Positions 24,725-38,425 are shown, numbered from the stretch's first letter. The stretch is 64,000 nt of DNA from Octopus vulgaris (GCA_951406725.2 OX597815.1:36952001-37016000); one strand, 5' to 3'. Notes: a model not told the origin generated them from the sequence alone. Numbers and translations are program-made.

Positions 24725-27531
24725 GGGAAGCTTTATGAAAATAGACAAAAGACGAAGGCAGGTTTACGGAAATAAACAAAAGACGAAGGCAGGTGGAATA
24801 CAAACAAACAATTGTATTAGTATGGCAATCAGGAAATATAAATAAAACAAGTCTTTAACGTTTCGAGCCTACGCTCTTCAACAGAAAGATACACAGAGAA
24901 AAAATACACAGAAAGAAGGAGAGAAAAAAAAATATGCGTGCAGAGGCTAGCGAATCAACATGGCGATCTGATTTCGGCCAGAGGTCAAAGATCAAACGTG
25001 TGACGCAAGAGCGAAATTAGGGGAGATAATAAGGTTGAATGACCTCGCTCCAACATAAGAGTGTGTGTGTGTGTATGAGAAGAGTGTGTGTGTGTGTGTA
25101 TGAGAGAGTATTAGTGCGTATGAGAGGTCTGGACGTGTGCATGTATATATGATGTGATGTGTAAAGTTGTATGGTGTAGTGTAGAGAGAGGAGATGAGGG
25201 AAGAGGGGGGGAGAGGGGAGGGGAGGGTGAGGGGGGAGAAAGAAAGGGGAGAAGGAAAAAGGAGAAGAGGAGGGGAAGGGGGAGAAGGAAGGAGAGGAGA
25301 AGAGGAGGGGAGAGAAGGAAGGAGGATAGAGGGAGAGGGGAAGAGAGTGAGAGAGAAGGGGAGTGAAAGAAGGTTTGAAAATGCAATTTTAAAGATGTTT
25401 AATCACTTGACCGGTTTCACTTTTTTAGAAAAAGATTGTCAAAAGTAAAATATAAAGCTTTGTATAAGCTTTGTTTTGTTAAGTACTGGTTGTCACAAAA
25501 GTATTAAAATACATATATATACAGTCTTTGATAATAATAAGAAAATGTTAAAAACAGTTTACAAGGAAATATCTGAGAAAATATTAAACAAAAAATATTT
25601 GGAATTCAATAAAAATCCTGTTTGTTCGGAAGTATCTATATACATACACAGGAGTTCAATAAAAATCACGTTTGTTTGGTAGTATATATATATACACACA
25701 CAGAAGGAGATATATTTAGGAGTTTTCAAAGAATTTGAAATGAACCAACCTGTTTTAGCATTTTTAAATTTTGTGTGAAGCTAAGGGTTGTTTGCTATTT
25801 TAAGGGACAGTGTGGGAGGTTGATTGGGGTGGGGGGAAAGAAGAGAAATGTGGAATTGAAAGGATTATTTTGTTTCTGGGCTAGTCTGTCATGGTTCAGT
25901 GGTTTATAGGACTGGTCTTAGAGGTCAGAATGGTGTGTGTCTCTGTGTACGTCTCTGTGTGTGTGTATACATCTGTTTGTGTTTGTGGGCCGTTTTTGAT
26001 TGGTCCCAGATTCATTGTGGAGTGTGTAAATGTGTCTGTGTGTGTTTTATATTTGGTAGGATGGTGTGTGTATATGTGTGCACGTTTGTGTGTGTGTCTA
26101 TGTGTGTGATTAATATTTGTTAGGGTGTTGTGTGTGCGTATGTGTGTGTGTATGTGTTTGTTCGCGCGTGTGTACGTGTGCGTCTGTGGGTGCGTGTGTA
26201 TGCTTGTGCGGTTTTTGTGTCGGTGGGGATGTAATGTGTGTGTACGTGAGTGTGTGTACATGAGTGTGTGTGTGTCTCTGTCTGAGTATGTTTATGTTGT
26301 TATGATTGTCCTGGTGTTGTGTGTGTTTGTATGTGTGTGATTAGTATTTGTCTGGGTGTAGTGTGTGCGCATGTGTGTACATGTTTTTGTTCGCGTATGT
26401 GTATGTGTGCGTCTGTGCGCGCGTGCGTGTATGTTTGTATGTTTTGTGTTTGTAGGGATGTTATCTGTGTGTACGTGAGTGTGTGTGTTGTGTCTGTCTA
26501 AGTATGTTTGTGTTTTAATCGTCCTTATGGTGTGTGTGTGTGGGCAACCGTATGTGAGTGTGAGGGTGCATATGTATGCATGTATGTGTGTGGGTATGTA
26601 TGGATGTGTATGTGTGTATAAGTGTGTTGTATTTATAAGGGTTTCAGTGTGTGTCCGTGTGTGTTGCGTTTATCTGGCTGGTGTGTATGTGTGTGCATGT
26701 GCATTTTGTGTATGTTGGTACTGAGTATGCGTTTGTGTGTGTGTGCATATATGTGGGTATGGTTTATGTAGTTTCCGGGTATGTGTGTGCACATGTGTGT
26801 GTGTGTGTGTGTGTGTGTGATGCATTTGCGAGTGATTTGTTTTGTTTGTATTGTTAGTGCAGTGCGTGTATATACGTGTGGGTGTGTTTGTGTGAGTGTG
26901 TCTATGTGTCTTGTATTTGTCGGGAAGGTGTGTGTCATTGTGTGTGTGTGAATGCTTGCGTGTATATGTGTTTGTGAGTGTTTGTTGTGGTTGTTGGGGT
27001 TGTATTGTGAGTATATGTGTGTGTGTGTGTGATTTTATTACTAGGGTACGGGCGTATTGTGTGTGTGTGTGTACATGTGTGCATATATGCGTGTGTGTTT
27101 GTGTGGGTTGTGTTGTAGTTACGTGTTTGTGTGTGTATCTGTGTATGTGTGGGTGTGTTTGTGTGAATGTGATTTGTAATTGTCGGGGTGGTGTGTGTAG
27201 GTGTGTGCATGTACGTGTTTACATATGTGTATATGTATGTGTGAGTGTTGGTTATGGTTGCTGGAATCATATTGCAAGTGTATATATATATGTGTTTTTT
27301 CTTGGAATGTGTGTGGGTTTGTGCTCTAGTCTGGGGATAGTGTCTTTGTGCGTGTGTGTATAGTATGTGTGTGTGCGTTTGCGTCGGAAGTTTGCATTGT
27401 TTTTGTGTGTGTGTGATTTTGTATATCTGTATGTGTTTCTGCGTGTGTTTGTTTTGGATGTGTACTTGGTGGGGGGTGTATTACAGTATGTTGAGTTGTG
27501 GTCTGTATTTTTGAATAAGATTATTTTCTCT
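24725..27531 (-). mobile_element. 3' part of a Penelope-like element: EN C-terminus, ~2.4 kb low-complexity spacer, family B HHR terminus
   Basis: 27531-27481 encodes RENNLIQKYRPQLNIL* (cf. ERQFINKYKPQLN at ~12000); CA/CT-rich spacer on the sense strand; terminus ends in (TA)n. Confidence 0.65.
24852..24889 (-). ncRNA. Minimal hammerhead variant (family B, CUGUUGA core)
   Basis: TCTTT CTGTTGA A GAGC-GTAG-GCTC GAAA CG TT AAAGA; 5 bp stem I TCTTT/AAAGA. Confidence 0.65.
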
Positions 27532-27834
27532 ATTTATTCATGTTTGGTCAGTGGTGTTGTCCGGGCATGTGTCTTGCTCATTGCGACGTCCTTGTAAGCT
27601 GTTTGAAGCATGTTGTCGCTGATTCGGCCGCCGTTTTCCCCAGCAGAATACAGGATTTATATACACATATATTCACACTCGTTATGTGTATGTCTTATAA
27701 ACATACACATAACGAGCGTGTGTATATATGTATATAAGGTACCAATGTACCAACACAGACACGCACATACACATACATAATGTTTATGTATATATACATA
27801 TATTTACACACACACACACACATATACATATATA

Positions 27835-30093
27835 CTAGCAGAGATACCCGGCATTGCTCGGGATTAAAATGGCATAGTTTGTATATAATATATTACAGTT
27901 ATGTTGAAACAGGTGATATGGGAAAGTGCAGCATTGACAACCAAACATTTGTGGTGTAAATGCTGGGTTAATTCGACTAAGCAACACACTATGTGTCCGT
28001 TTGGAGTATTTCAGGCCCTAACCTGTCATGGAAAATTTGGGGTGGGGGGTTATGTGATTTTTGAACGCACCGAAAAGCTGTCAGTGGATATACTTTCCTC
28101 TGCAACAGTCGGCACTGTGTCTAACACAACCCATCATCTGAAATTTTGACATTTCCGTCGGGTTTGTTGTCCTACATCACTCATAAGGTAAATTTGGAGG
28201 AACTGTGGTTGTTCATTTTGGGTAACAGGGAACCAATGAGGTGATAGACTTGGCCTTGAACTCTGACGTCGGCGTAAATTCATGTTTATCTTCTTAGATG
28301 CACCAAACGATGTCATTTGAAATGCAGAGTTGTATTGTCTGATATTGTTCAGAAAATCCTTTGAGTGGATGGAAATGCCTTCTAGAAGATTCATAAAAGG
28401 TTGAGAAGGAGCGGATAGTGCTGGCAATGTTACCTGACCGTCTGAGCAGCACATACCATTTGTTTCATTTGAAAATTTTAAAGCCCTACATAAACGACAA
28501 TTTGTGTTTAGCACACCAATTTGGACAGAGTTATCCTTTTTATAAGAATGGGATGGATCATATCTCAAAACAGCTTCAGGAGTTGTGAAGAATGAATTTG
28601 TGCGTAGTCTGTTTCTGAGAGATATTCTACTGGGCCTCTGTCTAATCATTAAAACATTAATTTAATGATCCAGCATTAAGTGCTGCAAAATGCATTTGCT
28701 GATCTTGAAAAACTCTCATCTCTCTTCAGACTCTTGCCTTCGGTTTTCTACAATCTTCCTTGCTTTATACTTGTTTCTGGAGAGATTACGTCTTTTCTGT
28801 ATTTCTCCTGCTCATTCCGTAAAAAATTATTTCAAGAGAGCAGAAACTGAAAGAAGAGAAAGCGAAAAGAACAGAGAAAGAAAGTGAAAGATGTATGTAC
28901 GTCTATATGAAATGGACGTGTGTGTGCGTGCGCGAATGTGTGTGAGAGAGAAAGAGAGTGAAAAAGAGAGATAGAGTGAGTGAGTGAAGGTGTGTGTCGT
29001 GATGACTGATGTCTTTTAAGGTACATACACATAGAAAATGTGACATCATTGTATAACATCTTTACGGTAGTTAAATGCAAATATGTGAATGGAAATTAAG
29101 TTTAATTTGTAGCAGAAATAGTACTGAATCTTTTGATACTCCATGCGTCAAAATCTGTAACTCGGTTTTGGAATGAATAAGGAATATATGTATATAGGAC
29201 AGGCTTCTTTGAAACTGAAAGTATTATCTCACATTACAATAGAGACGAAATAATACTAAAATAGTGTAAGATATAAGAGATTGTTCTGAGTTCGCATTAG
29301 GTAAGAAGTTGGAAATATTTTAGGCCCATGACACTGCATGGACCTTGGCTTTTGTATTTGACGACTGTTACTTTCAGTATTTTATTTCGATTTTATGTAT
29401 ATATGTATGTATGAGCCAATGAAGGAGACCTCTACATGGTAGCTTGACCTGTTAGAAATAACAGCCAAATCTCCCTCAAAACACCCTACTGTCTTAATCC
29501 GACAAGTCTGCCTATTATGCAGTTTGAATGAGAAATTGTAACTAAAGATTAAGATTATTAACCCCAAAATGTTACGCGTTTTAATAGCAATCAATTTTTT
29601 CTCTTTTTTTTGCGTAGCTTTTCATGTCAGCTGTAAAGGTGAAGAGGGTTAACTTAGACGGTGTTAAGTAGTGGGGATGTTTGGTGATTCTATGTGGTTG
29701 TTACTTTTGACTGTTTCTTCTCAATAAGGATAATTGATTGATAACAAATCTTAACACAATATATATATACAACTTCAAGTGGGATTGGACGTCATAAGAG
29801 AAACAGCATAGCGACGGTTTTGGTTGACTGTCATCCTCTACTCCCCTTGTTGCTAGCGAAATGGTATGTGCCGGCTGTCTGAACAACTGGTTGATTTTAA
29901 TGGCGGAACAAACAGGACAAGAAATTACAAAAATAGCGATTCTCACCTTGAAACTAACTATTTTGAAAATCTTTTTAAATTACAGAACACCCCGCTCTCT
30001 CATATATCTGTGTTTAAAATTTCAGCGCGATCGGATGAACAATACTCGAATTATAGGCGCACAAACAGACAGAACGGATTTTATATATTACGA
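27835..30093 (-). mobile_element. Internally deleted Helitron with both termini and a Rep N-terminal remnant
   Basis: Minus strand A|TCGTAATATATAAAA... (30093) to hairpin CCCGAGCAATGCCGGG + CTAG|T (27835); ORF 28649-28134 YDP..Y.....IG.L...CRLCRALKF.NET.GMCC..G.V.LP...FLNNIRQYNSAFQMTSFGA...PQFLQIY is the RepHel N-terminal Zn-finger region. Confidence 0.88.
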
Positions 30094-30113
30094 TACATGT
30101 ATATATCTGTATC

Positions 30114-30176
<63 letters not shown>

Positions 30177-30242
30177 ATATATATATATATATGTACACAC
30201 ACATAAACATATATTTATATACATATACATATCTGTTTTTTT

Positions 30243-30468
30243 TATTATTACCCACAAGGGGCTAAACATAGAGGGGACAGACAAGGACAGACAAACGGAT
30301 TAAGTCGATTACATCGACCCCAGTGCGTAACTGGTACTTAATTTATGGACCCCGAAAGGATGAAAGGCAAAGTCGACCTCGGCGGAATTTGAACTCAGAA
30401 CGTAACAGCAGACGAAATACGGCTACGCATTTCGCCCGGCGTGCTAACGTTTCTGCCAGTTCGCCGCC
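30243..30468 (-). mobile_element. SINE family S2
   Basis: Matches 56851-57075. Confidence 0.92.
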
Positions 30469-30493
30469 TACATATATACATATACATATCATG

Positions 30494-30841
30494 GCACTCC
30501 GTCGGTTGCGACGACGTGGGTTCCAGTTGATTCGATCAACGGAACAGCCTGCTCATGAAATTAACGTGCAAGTGGCTGAGCACTCCACAGTCACGTGTAC
30601 AATTAACGTAGATTCAGCGTAACACAGAGTATGACAAGGCTGGCCTTTTGAAATACAGCTACAACAGAAACAGAAAGAAGGGGTGAGAGAAAGTTGTGGT
30701 GAAAGAGTACAGCAGGGTTCGCCACCCCCACTCCTGCCGGAGCCTCGTGGAGCTTTAGGTGTTTTCGCTCAGTCTAGGAATCGAAATCGCGATCCTACGA
30801 CCGCGATCAGCTGTCCTAACCACTGGACCATTGCGCCTCAC
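30494..30841 (-). mobile_element. tRNA-derived SINE family S3 (tail type 3)
   Basis: Matches 53756-54140 with small deletions. Confidence 0.9.
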
Positions 30842-30845
30842 ATGT

Positions 30846-30991
<146 letters not shown>

Positions 30992-31175
30992 GTTTCAAAG
31001 TTTGAACAGAAGCACGGCAAAAGAACAAACAAAATTCACACTCACACACACTCACACACACACACACACACACACTCACATACATGCGCGCGCGTGCGAG
31101 TGCATGTGTATGAATGTGTGAAGTTATTATGGCTTGTATAAATACATATAGCTACATGTAGCAATCAGTTTTACT

Positions 31176-31554
31176 TTTCAAACTCTTGATAAACACTGAA
31201 AATGATGTCTACATACTGGCTTTATTTATTTTCTTAGGAGAAAATCACAAGAGAAGACATTCATTCCGTCCGCACTGATGTGCAATTTAACACGTTCTCT
31301 TGCCAAGGCAACGTGTATGTTCATATATACGCGTATACTTAGATACGTTAATATGAATGTTTGTATATGTATATAAACGTATCATCATATGCATATATAT
31401 CAATACTCACGTAGCCTTGGCAAGAGAACGTGTTAAATTACATATTGGTACGGACAGAATGAAATGTCTTCCCCTGTCGTGATTTTGTTTTAAGAAAATA
31501 AGGAAAGCAAAAACGTAGTAGACATCATTTTCAGTCTTTGTCAAGAGTTTGAAA
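31176..31554. mobile_element. Fold-back element / MITE with ~140 bp diverged inverted arms
   Basis: TTTCAAACTCTTGA..AACACGTTCTCTTGCCAAGGC / GCCTTGGCAAGAGAACGTGTT..TCAAGAGTTTGAAA. Confidence 0.8.
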
Positions 31555-32185
31555 TCCAAACCTGATTTATTGACTGCTTGTCGATATCAAATACAAGAAA
31601 CTGCTTCACATACAGCGAGATATGGTACTTCAAAACAGTATAGCTTCTTCAGAATAACAGTGGTAAATTACTGCAGACACTGAGTCAGAAAGAAAAGTAT
31701 TAGAAAAAAGGTAGATAGATGGATAGTTGGATAAAGATAAAGAGAGCTTCCAGTGAAATATAGGCGCAAAAGTAACATTAGATTTTGTGTCAGTCTTCCT
31801 ATATATGTATTCAACGTTTTATGTTGTCTGGTTTCAGTGTTTGCTTAATATGTTTGCGAGGATTATGTCTTGCCTTTGTTTTTGCTTACATATTATTTAG
31901 TAGTTTGTTCATTGTTGCATTCTTTTCTTATCTTTTGCTTGTTATTGTTGTTGCTATTTTGAACTTTTTGCTTTTACTATTTCGTTCATATTTCTCTAGT
32001 CAGTATATCTGCTTAATATTTTTCTCTTTCTCTCTTCTCGCTTTCCTTCTCTTATACTTAACTTTTCCTTCTTTTCTATCATATCTAGGATATATATGTA
32101 ACATATATACATGCGCAAAGAAGTATGTGTGTTCTAGTTGTGTGCGCGCACGTGTGTTTGTACACACATACACACACATACATAC

Positions 32186-32216
<31 letters not shown>

Positions 32217-32439
32217 TGTATGTATGTATGTATGTATGTATGTATGTATGTATGTATGTATGTATGTATGTATGTATATTTGTGTGTGTTTGCGTCTTTT
32301 AGTACTTTATATAGATGTAGGTAAATAAATGGATATGGCAGGCAGTTGGAACATTATGCTTAAATTGATCAGGCGTTCGAGTCGGTTACACAACATTAAC
32401 GGCAACAGGAAGAAAACAAAAGACCCCTCGTCCTCCGAG

Positions 32440-33510
32440 GGTCAAATCAGTGTCATAGACTCAGTAACTATTTTGATACGGTGGACATCACCTGTATATC
32501 TCACTCATTGAAGAACAAATGGCGCCTCTGGGGTTTCTAACCTGGAATGACCCCGGCTCCATCAAGCAAGAGTATGAAGCCAAGGAGCCATATATAAATT
32601 TATTTCAGTAAAGACGAATAAACTGGAGCGAGCGACGCTGGCTCAGATAGAAAAGTTCCTGAAACTGGTCTGGGGTTTAAATACTCTTTGGCACAGTTGA
32701 GGTAAGATTCGCAACTGAAGGATTAGCCAAAGAAAGTGCGACGACAAGCCTAAAAAGTGAAGAATTATGGCTAATTTCGATATACCTTGGTCGAAGAGTG
32801 GTCAAAATAAAAGTAGAGGAAGTGTCACCAGAAGTAGACATCTATTTGCTGGTGGCAGCCGTTATTATACAGCGCAGGGAATAAAATAAAAATCATGCAA
32901 GTCCACAAAACGGGAAGGACGAGTTGGTCAGGCACGGGTACGGAATTTTGTATGCACGCTGACCTACGTAGTATCGAAGCAATCCCTGATCTGATCAACC
33001 TCCCTAATAGAACACATTTATTTATAGACAGAAAGCCGGAAGGAACCAAGAAATTAAGGGATTTTCCTATTTAAACGGAAAAGATAACAAGTCGAGACGC
33101 CACATTTGCGACGAAACAAATCATTTAAAGGTTTTCTGTGCTATGTAAAGAAAGGGGGAAACCCCTGCTACTGCAGACATCTAGCACTACAACAACAGCA
33201 GCGTCAAAAGTAACAGCAGCTGCACCACCAACAACATCAACAGCATCAGTAACAAGAGCAACAACATCCAAAACACCAACAGCGTCAACAGAACGCGCAG
33301 TAGTACCGCACCTGAGAAAAGCAGAAAGACATCACCTGCACCATCGGAACCGAGAGAAGTTTCACTCATACCAGTCGACTGGACTACCGGCTTACAGATG
33401 CGTGACTGTGCAGGCATTCCTCTCCCACTCGACACAGATCTTTCCGACTGTGAAAACTCGTGTAGCGAGGAAAACCGCTTTGGAAATCCACCAGAATGGT
33501 TCCTGGTGAA
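32440..33510 (+). mobile_element. Degenerate LINE ORF1/gag-like remnant with zinc knuckle
   Basis: YLGRRVVKIKVEEVSPEVDIYLLVAAV...IPDLINLPN; (R)HICDETNHLKVFC at 33098-33139 is CX2CX4HX4C with the first Cys mutated; followed by a Thr/Ala-rich tail. Confidence 0.55.
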
Positions 33511-33559
33511 AGGAAAAGGAAAAGTTATCTGTAATCTTAGTTGTCCACATGATTTCAAT

Positions 33560-34330
33560 AAGCCTCCAAGTGATCAACACTGACTTTCCTTTTCTAAGCG
33601 ACAAACCATCTTTAGAAACTCTACAGAACAATCTATTTCTATATCCTTTATTAATTTATTTCACTACTCACGGTCCCTAATGCACCAATTATCTGATGCT
33701 CAGTCTTTACAGATTTAGTGTTCCAAATCCTTGCAATCTCAAATTTTAAGAGGTTGTAGCTTAACTTTTCACCTGCATTTTTAACCCTAATATCGGTCGG
33801 ACATGATGGATCAGTTTGTATGCAAATTCTATTTTCTTTGTCTGTTACTAGCTTATTATCTTTTAACTTATTCGTTTAAATGAGAAAATCCCATAAAATC
33901 TTGCAAGTTTCCGACTCAAGTACTCGTTCTACCCGATGATAGTACTATATAGTTCTTGCTTCAAAACCCCATGTATGACAAAGCTTCCAGTGTAAACCTC
34001 CCAACTTGATCTTGTCTCCATTTCTTATATTTTTCTTGGGTCATCTCGGGGCATTTTGCAACAATGTGTGCCATTTCTTCATCCCAAATTCCACATCCTC
34101 ACATTTTGATGACATCTTCCCCTACACGTATTCCAAGACTGACCATACAAGGTTTCTCTTCATTCTGTTCGGCATGTTCTCTTTGAATTTCATTTTTGTC
34201 CTTTCCACTTTCTCAAGTTTTCATCACTTGTTCTTTACTCACTACCTTTATTAACTTTCCTGTGCTGTTCCGTAAATAATGAAGAAAGCTGCTTTGTTCC
34301 AGCCGCTTACACACTTCAACACCAATTAAG
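33560..34330 (-). mobile_element. Degenerate R4/Dong-like (RLE) LINE fragment
   Basis: EFGMKK..; CP.DIRVK..EK..Y.LLKFEIARIWN..V....IIGALGTVS. Confidence 0.65.
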
Positions 34331-34669
34331 CTTTTTCTATCATGCTCTCTCTTCAAGTACAACTGGTATTATCATTTATATTCTTTGCTTTTGCTTTGAT
34401 ATGTACAATTCTCAACCAGAGACGTCATGGGACAAGTTTCGCTTCTAAAGATTCAAACAGGTGGGTTACTGTGCAGTCAAAAACTAATGTATGTGTGTTA
34501 GAAAAAATCCTTCTTAAAAATTTATAATCTGACTTAATGAATAAGATTGTATTTAGATGCAGAGGATTTTATGTAAGATATGTGAAGTACCTTTTATTAT
34601 TATTATGTGAGGAAAACTCACAGCTTATTTTGCTGGGTATAATGGAAAGTGTCAGCTGTCCATATATCC

Positions 34670-35042
34670 GACAGACTAAGGTGACACTTGTTTACTGGTC
34701 GTGCTTCAAGAAGCCTGCGAAGAATTCTTGCAGTTCCAAGCAATGCTGATTTTTGTCGGTGTTATACCTTCACACTTTTATCTATCTTTTTGAGTCATGC
34801 TGGTAGTTGAGTGCTGATACTTCCAAGGGCGACAATGATTATTGGTATCACGTGCACTCTCTTCATTGACTACAACTTTCGTATTTCCCACTTCAAATCG
34901 TCATAGTTGTTTATTTTCCTTCTTTCTCTTTGATCCTGTTGTCATCGGGATATGCTATGTCGATTACCATGCATGTTCTTTCTTTTTTACTCACCACAAC
35001 AATGTCCGGCTTCCGATGTCTGGTCATGTGATCGCACTGAAT
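34670..35042 (-). mobile_element. R4/Dong-like LINE 3' end (restriction-like endonuclease)
   Basis: QCDHMTRHRKPDIVVV.K...CMVIDIAYPDDNRIKEKE...YDDLKWEIRKL...VIPIIIVALG...KSALLGTARILRR. Confidence 0.88.
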
Positions 35043-35147
35043 CCTCCTCCTCCCCTCCCCTCCTCCTCCTCCCTTCTTCTTCTTCTTCTTCTTCTTCTTC
35101 TTCTTCTTCTTCTTCTTCTTCTTCTTCTTCTTCTTCTTCTTCTAATG

Positions 35148-35542
35148 TGGCGTGCTGGCAGAAACGTTAGTGCGCCGGACGAAATGCTTTGCGGTATTTC
35201 GTCTGCCGCTACGTTCTGAGTTCAAATTCCGCCGAGGTCGACTTTGCCTTTTATCCTTTCGGGGTCGATTAAATAAGTACCAGTTAGGCACTGGGATTCG
35301 ATGTAATCGACTTAATCCGTTTGTCTGTCCTTGTTTGTCCCCTCTGTGTGTAGCCCCTTATGGGCAGTAAACAAATAGGTATTTAGTCTGCCGCTACGTT
35401 CTGAGTTCAAATTCCGCCGAGGCCGACTTTGCCTTTCATCCTTTCGGGGTCGATTAAATAAGTAGCAGTTACGCACTGGGGTCGATGTAATCGACTAGTC
35501 CCCTCCCCACAAATTTGAGGCCTTGTGCCTCTAGTAGAAAGG
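35148..35542 (+). mobile_element. SINE family S2 with duplicated core and (ATT)n tail
   Basis: Matches other S2 copies; followed by (ATT)n to ~35659. Confidence 0.9.
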
Positions 35543-35577
35543 ATTATTATTATTGTTGTTGTTGTTCTTCTTTTTAC

Positions 35578-35647
<70 letters not shown>

Positions 35648-36072
35648 GTTATTATTATTACATGAATCGGTTTTGCTGAAGTCATTGCCACTGATTGTAA
35701 ATGTTTCTGACAAATTGCCTGTCATGTTTCATTAATGAAACCAGAATAAATTAACAACGTAGAAGAATTTTAGATGGGCAGCAACAGTACGAAAACATCT
35801 AAATGTACCAAATGATTGCATTGCTAAATGTTTAAGATAGGCGATTCAGTTAATACTTAATGATGGTGATTTTAATGTGTTAAATAATATATTAATAGAC
35901 CTGTGCCGTCCATATTGATGGCAACAATTTTTACCTTAAATGTGTAAGGAAATGATAATAAAATAACTTAAAAGACAGACAAATATGTTCGTTTCTTTAA
36001 TTACAGATTATTTATAATAATGCAATAATAAATCTTAGAGCGAGTTATAAACAGTAGCTGCAACACATCGTG

Positions 36073-36320
36073 ACGTATATTTGCCATTTAAATATGGCTA
36101 CCCCTAAGGGTGGATGCTACTGTAGTTTGTAGCCCCAGGAAGACACCTCCTCCAGCTGGCTTTAGACACACTTTCTGTGCCCTAGTATTTCCCTTTGCAA
36201 ATACTGATAGGGCACAGAAAGTGTGTCTAAAGCCAGCTGGAGGAGGTGTCCTCCTGGGGCTACAAACTACAGTAGCATTCACACTTAGGGGTTAGCCATA
36301 TTTAAATGGCAAATATACGT
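36073..36320. mobile_element. 248 bp near-perfect palindromic MITE
   Basis: ACGTATATTTGCCATTTAAATATGGCTA... / ...TAGCCATATTTAAATGGCAAATATACGT; a diverged relative of the right arm lies at ~49740-49870. Confidence 0.88.
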
Positions 36321-36883
36321 ATTTATAATATCTTTTTCTTTAAGTGTAACTGATCAGTCAAGAGATTTAAAGTGGGTACCATGTCCTACTAAGTGTGCTC
36401 TTTTGCTAAACCAAATCTCTTTTTATCTGATTTGTTCAGATACACAGGAACATTCGGTTTTAGTAGCACTGGGGTTATGGTCTGAGGTACCCAGGCGAGT
36501 TAAAATTTTGGCACATACAGGAAGGTATCTCAGAACAACATAAGCATTGTCTCCTGTTGCTGGTTCATTTATTATGTACTGTTAATGAAGTTTGTTAGTA
36601 AGTTATGTGTGATGATCAGCAACGGTCGTTGTTCAGTTTTGGGGATTAAAGTTTTCTGGATGTATAGCAAACTGTACACAGAATGTGTTTGATTCAAGAC
36701 GATGCATTGTATCCATGTCAGCTCTGAGTTGTTTGTGGGCAGCACTGACTAGAAGTTTCTGGAGCATTAGATTTTTTTGCTCTTTTACTTGGACTTTTCT
36801 AGGTTGTACTGAGCAGTGCCATTACTTGATATCATCACAAGATCTTCTCTGAAGCACAATTACTTATAGTATCATGGAACTGC

Positions 36884-37189
36884 GTGGAGGCACACGGCCT
36901 AGTTGTTAGAGCAGCGGACTCGCGGTCGAGGGATCACGGGTTCGAATCGAATCTCAGACTGTGCGTTGCGTGTGTTTATGAGCGAAACATCTAAGTTCCA
37001 CGCGGCTCCGGCAGAAGGTAATGGCGAACTTCTGCTGACTCTTTCGCCACAACTTTCTCTCACTCTTTCCTCTTGCATCTTGCAGCTCACCTGCGACGGA
37101 CCGGCGTCCCGTCCAAGTGGGGAACCCATATACCAAGGAAACCGGGAAACCGGCCCTATGAGTAGGCGTGGCTCGAGAAGGAACAAACA
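36884..37189 (+). mobile_element. tRNA-derived SINE family S3 (tail type 1)
   Basis: Matches 9136-9435; 13 bp TSD ATCATGGAACTGC (36871-36883 / 37190-37202). Confidence 0.93.
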
Positions 37190-38015
37190 ATCATGGAACT
37201 GCAATGAAGTCAGCTCTATTAAGGATTGTTGGATCCAGGAGAGTTTCTATGGTAATTTTATAGAAAACCTCTCTGTAGAGCATAAATTGGTGGTTTCGTC
37301 TTTGCTGGATATAAGACCACGTATGATTATTTCTAAGATATTCAGATGATTGCCGTGTATGCAGCAGGTGTTATAGTCCTTGTTATGTAATCATTATTTG
37401 TTGGTTTAGTAATTGTTTTGTAGGGTAGTATTTGAGTGATTGTTGAGTTTGTATTTCAAGTGTTAAGCGGATATTAATAGACATTTTGGATTTGAAGGTC
37501 CCGACTTGATTTCATGTATTCCAGGTATGTTAGTAAAACAGAGTTATCTCTGGTTATGCTTTCGTGAAAGTGTTTCATTTCTACCTGTCCATTATATTTG
37601 GAGAGTAGACGTTGTTAAAGCTGTTCTTTCTGTTTGATGGAGTTTTCCGAGGATCAGTATTATGAGGAATGTTGTTTTAAATTGTTTTGCTCTACTTCTA
37701 AATTGCTAACTGTTACTTACTTTTCGATCTGTACCTTTTAAATAGTGAAAGTGCATTCCTTGTTCAACAGGCTCTCACTGACAGAATATCTACTGGAAAA
37801 AGTATATTTATTTCCTTTTGTGCATTCTTATTTGGTAACAGGTCTATAAATTTTTATTTGGGACAGTATTTGGGTTTGATAGTCTTTTACGGTTTTACTT
37901 GTGTGGACAAGTACCATTCACAAATCTTCAACATACGGGTGTGGAGTGGGTAGTTATGGCTGTTCTCTTTGCTGTTGATGACTTTGTCGATTCAAATTTG
38001 CAGATACATTTTATA

Positions 38016-38425
38016 TACTCTTTTACTTGTTTTAGTCATTTGACTGCGGCCATACTGGAGTATCACCTTAAGTCGAGCAAATTGACCCCAGGACTTATTC
38101 TTTGTAAGCCTAGTACTTATTCTATCGGCCTCTTTTGCCGAACCGCTAAGTTACGGGGACGTAAACACACCAGCATCAGTTGTCAAGCGATGTTGGGGGG
38201 GGGGGGGGGCAAACACAGACACACAAACAGACACACAAATATACATACATATACATATATACGACGGGCTTCTTTCAGTTTCCGTCCACCAAATCCACTC
38301 ATATGGCTTTGGTCGGCCCGAGGCTATAGTAGAAGACACTTGCCCAAGCTGCCACGCAGTGGGACTGAACCCGGAACCATGTGGTTGGTAAGCAAGCTAC
38401 TTACCACACAGCCACTCCTGCGCCT
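38016..38425 (-). mobile_element. tRNA-derived SINE family S1
   Basis: Full-length match to 44683-45099. Confidence 0.93.

Noticed and set aside
36330-37900. Possible further RLE-LINE remnant on the minus strand
   Set aside because: Only faint motif echoes; too decayed to support.
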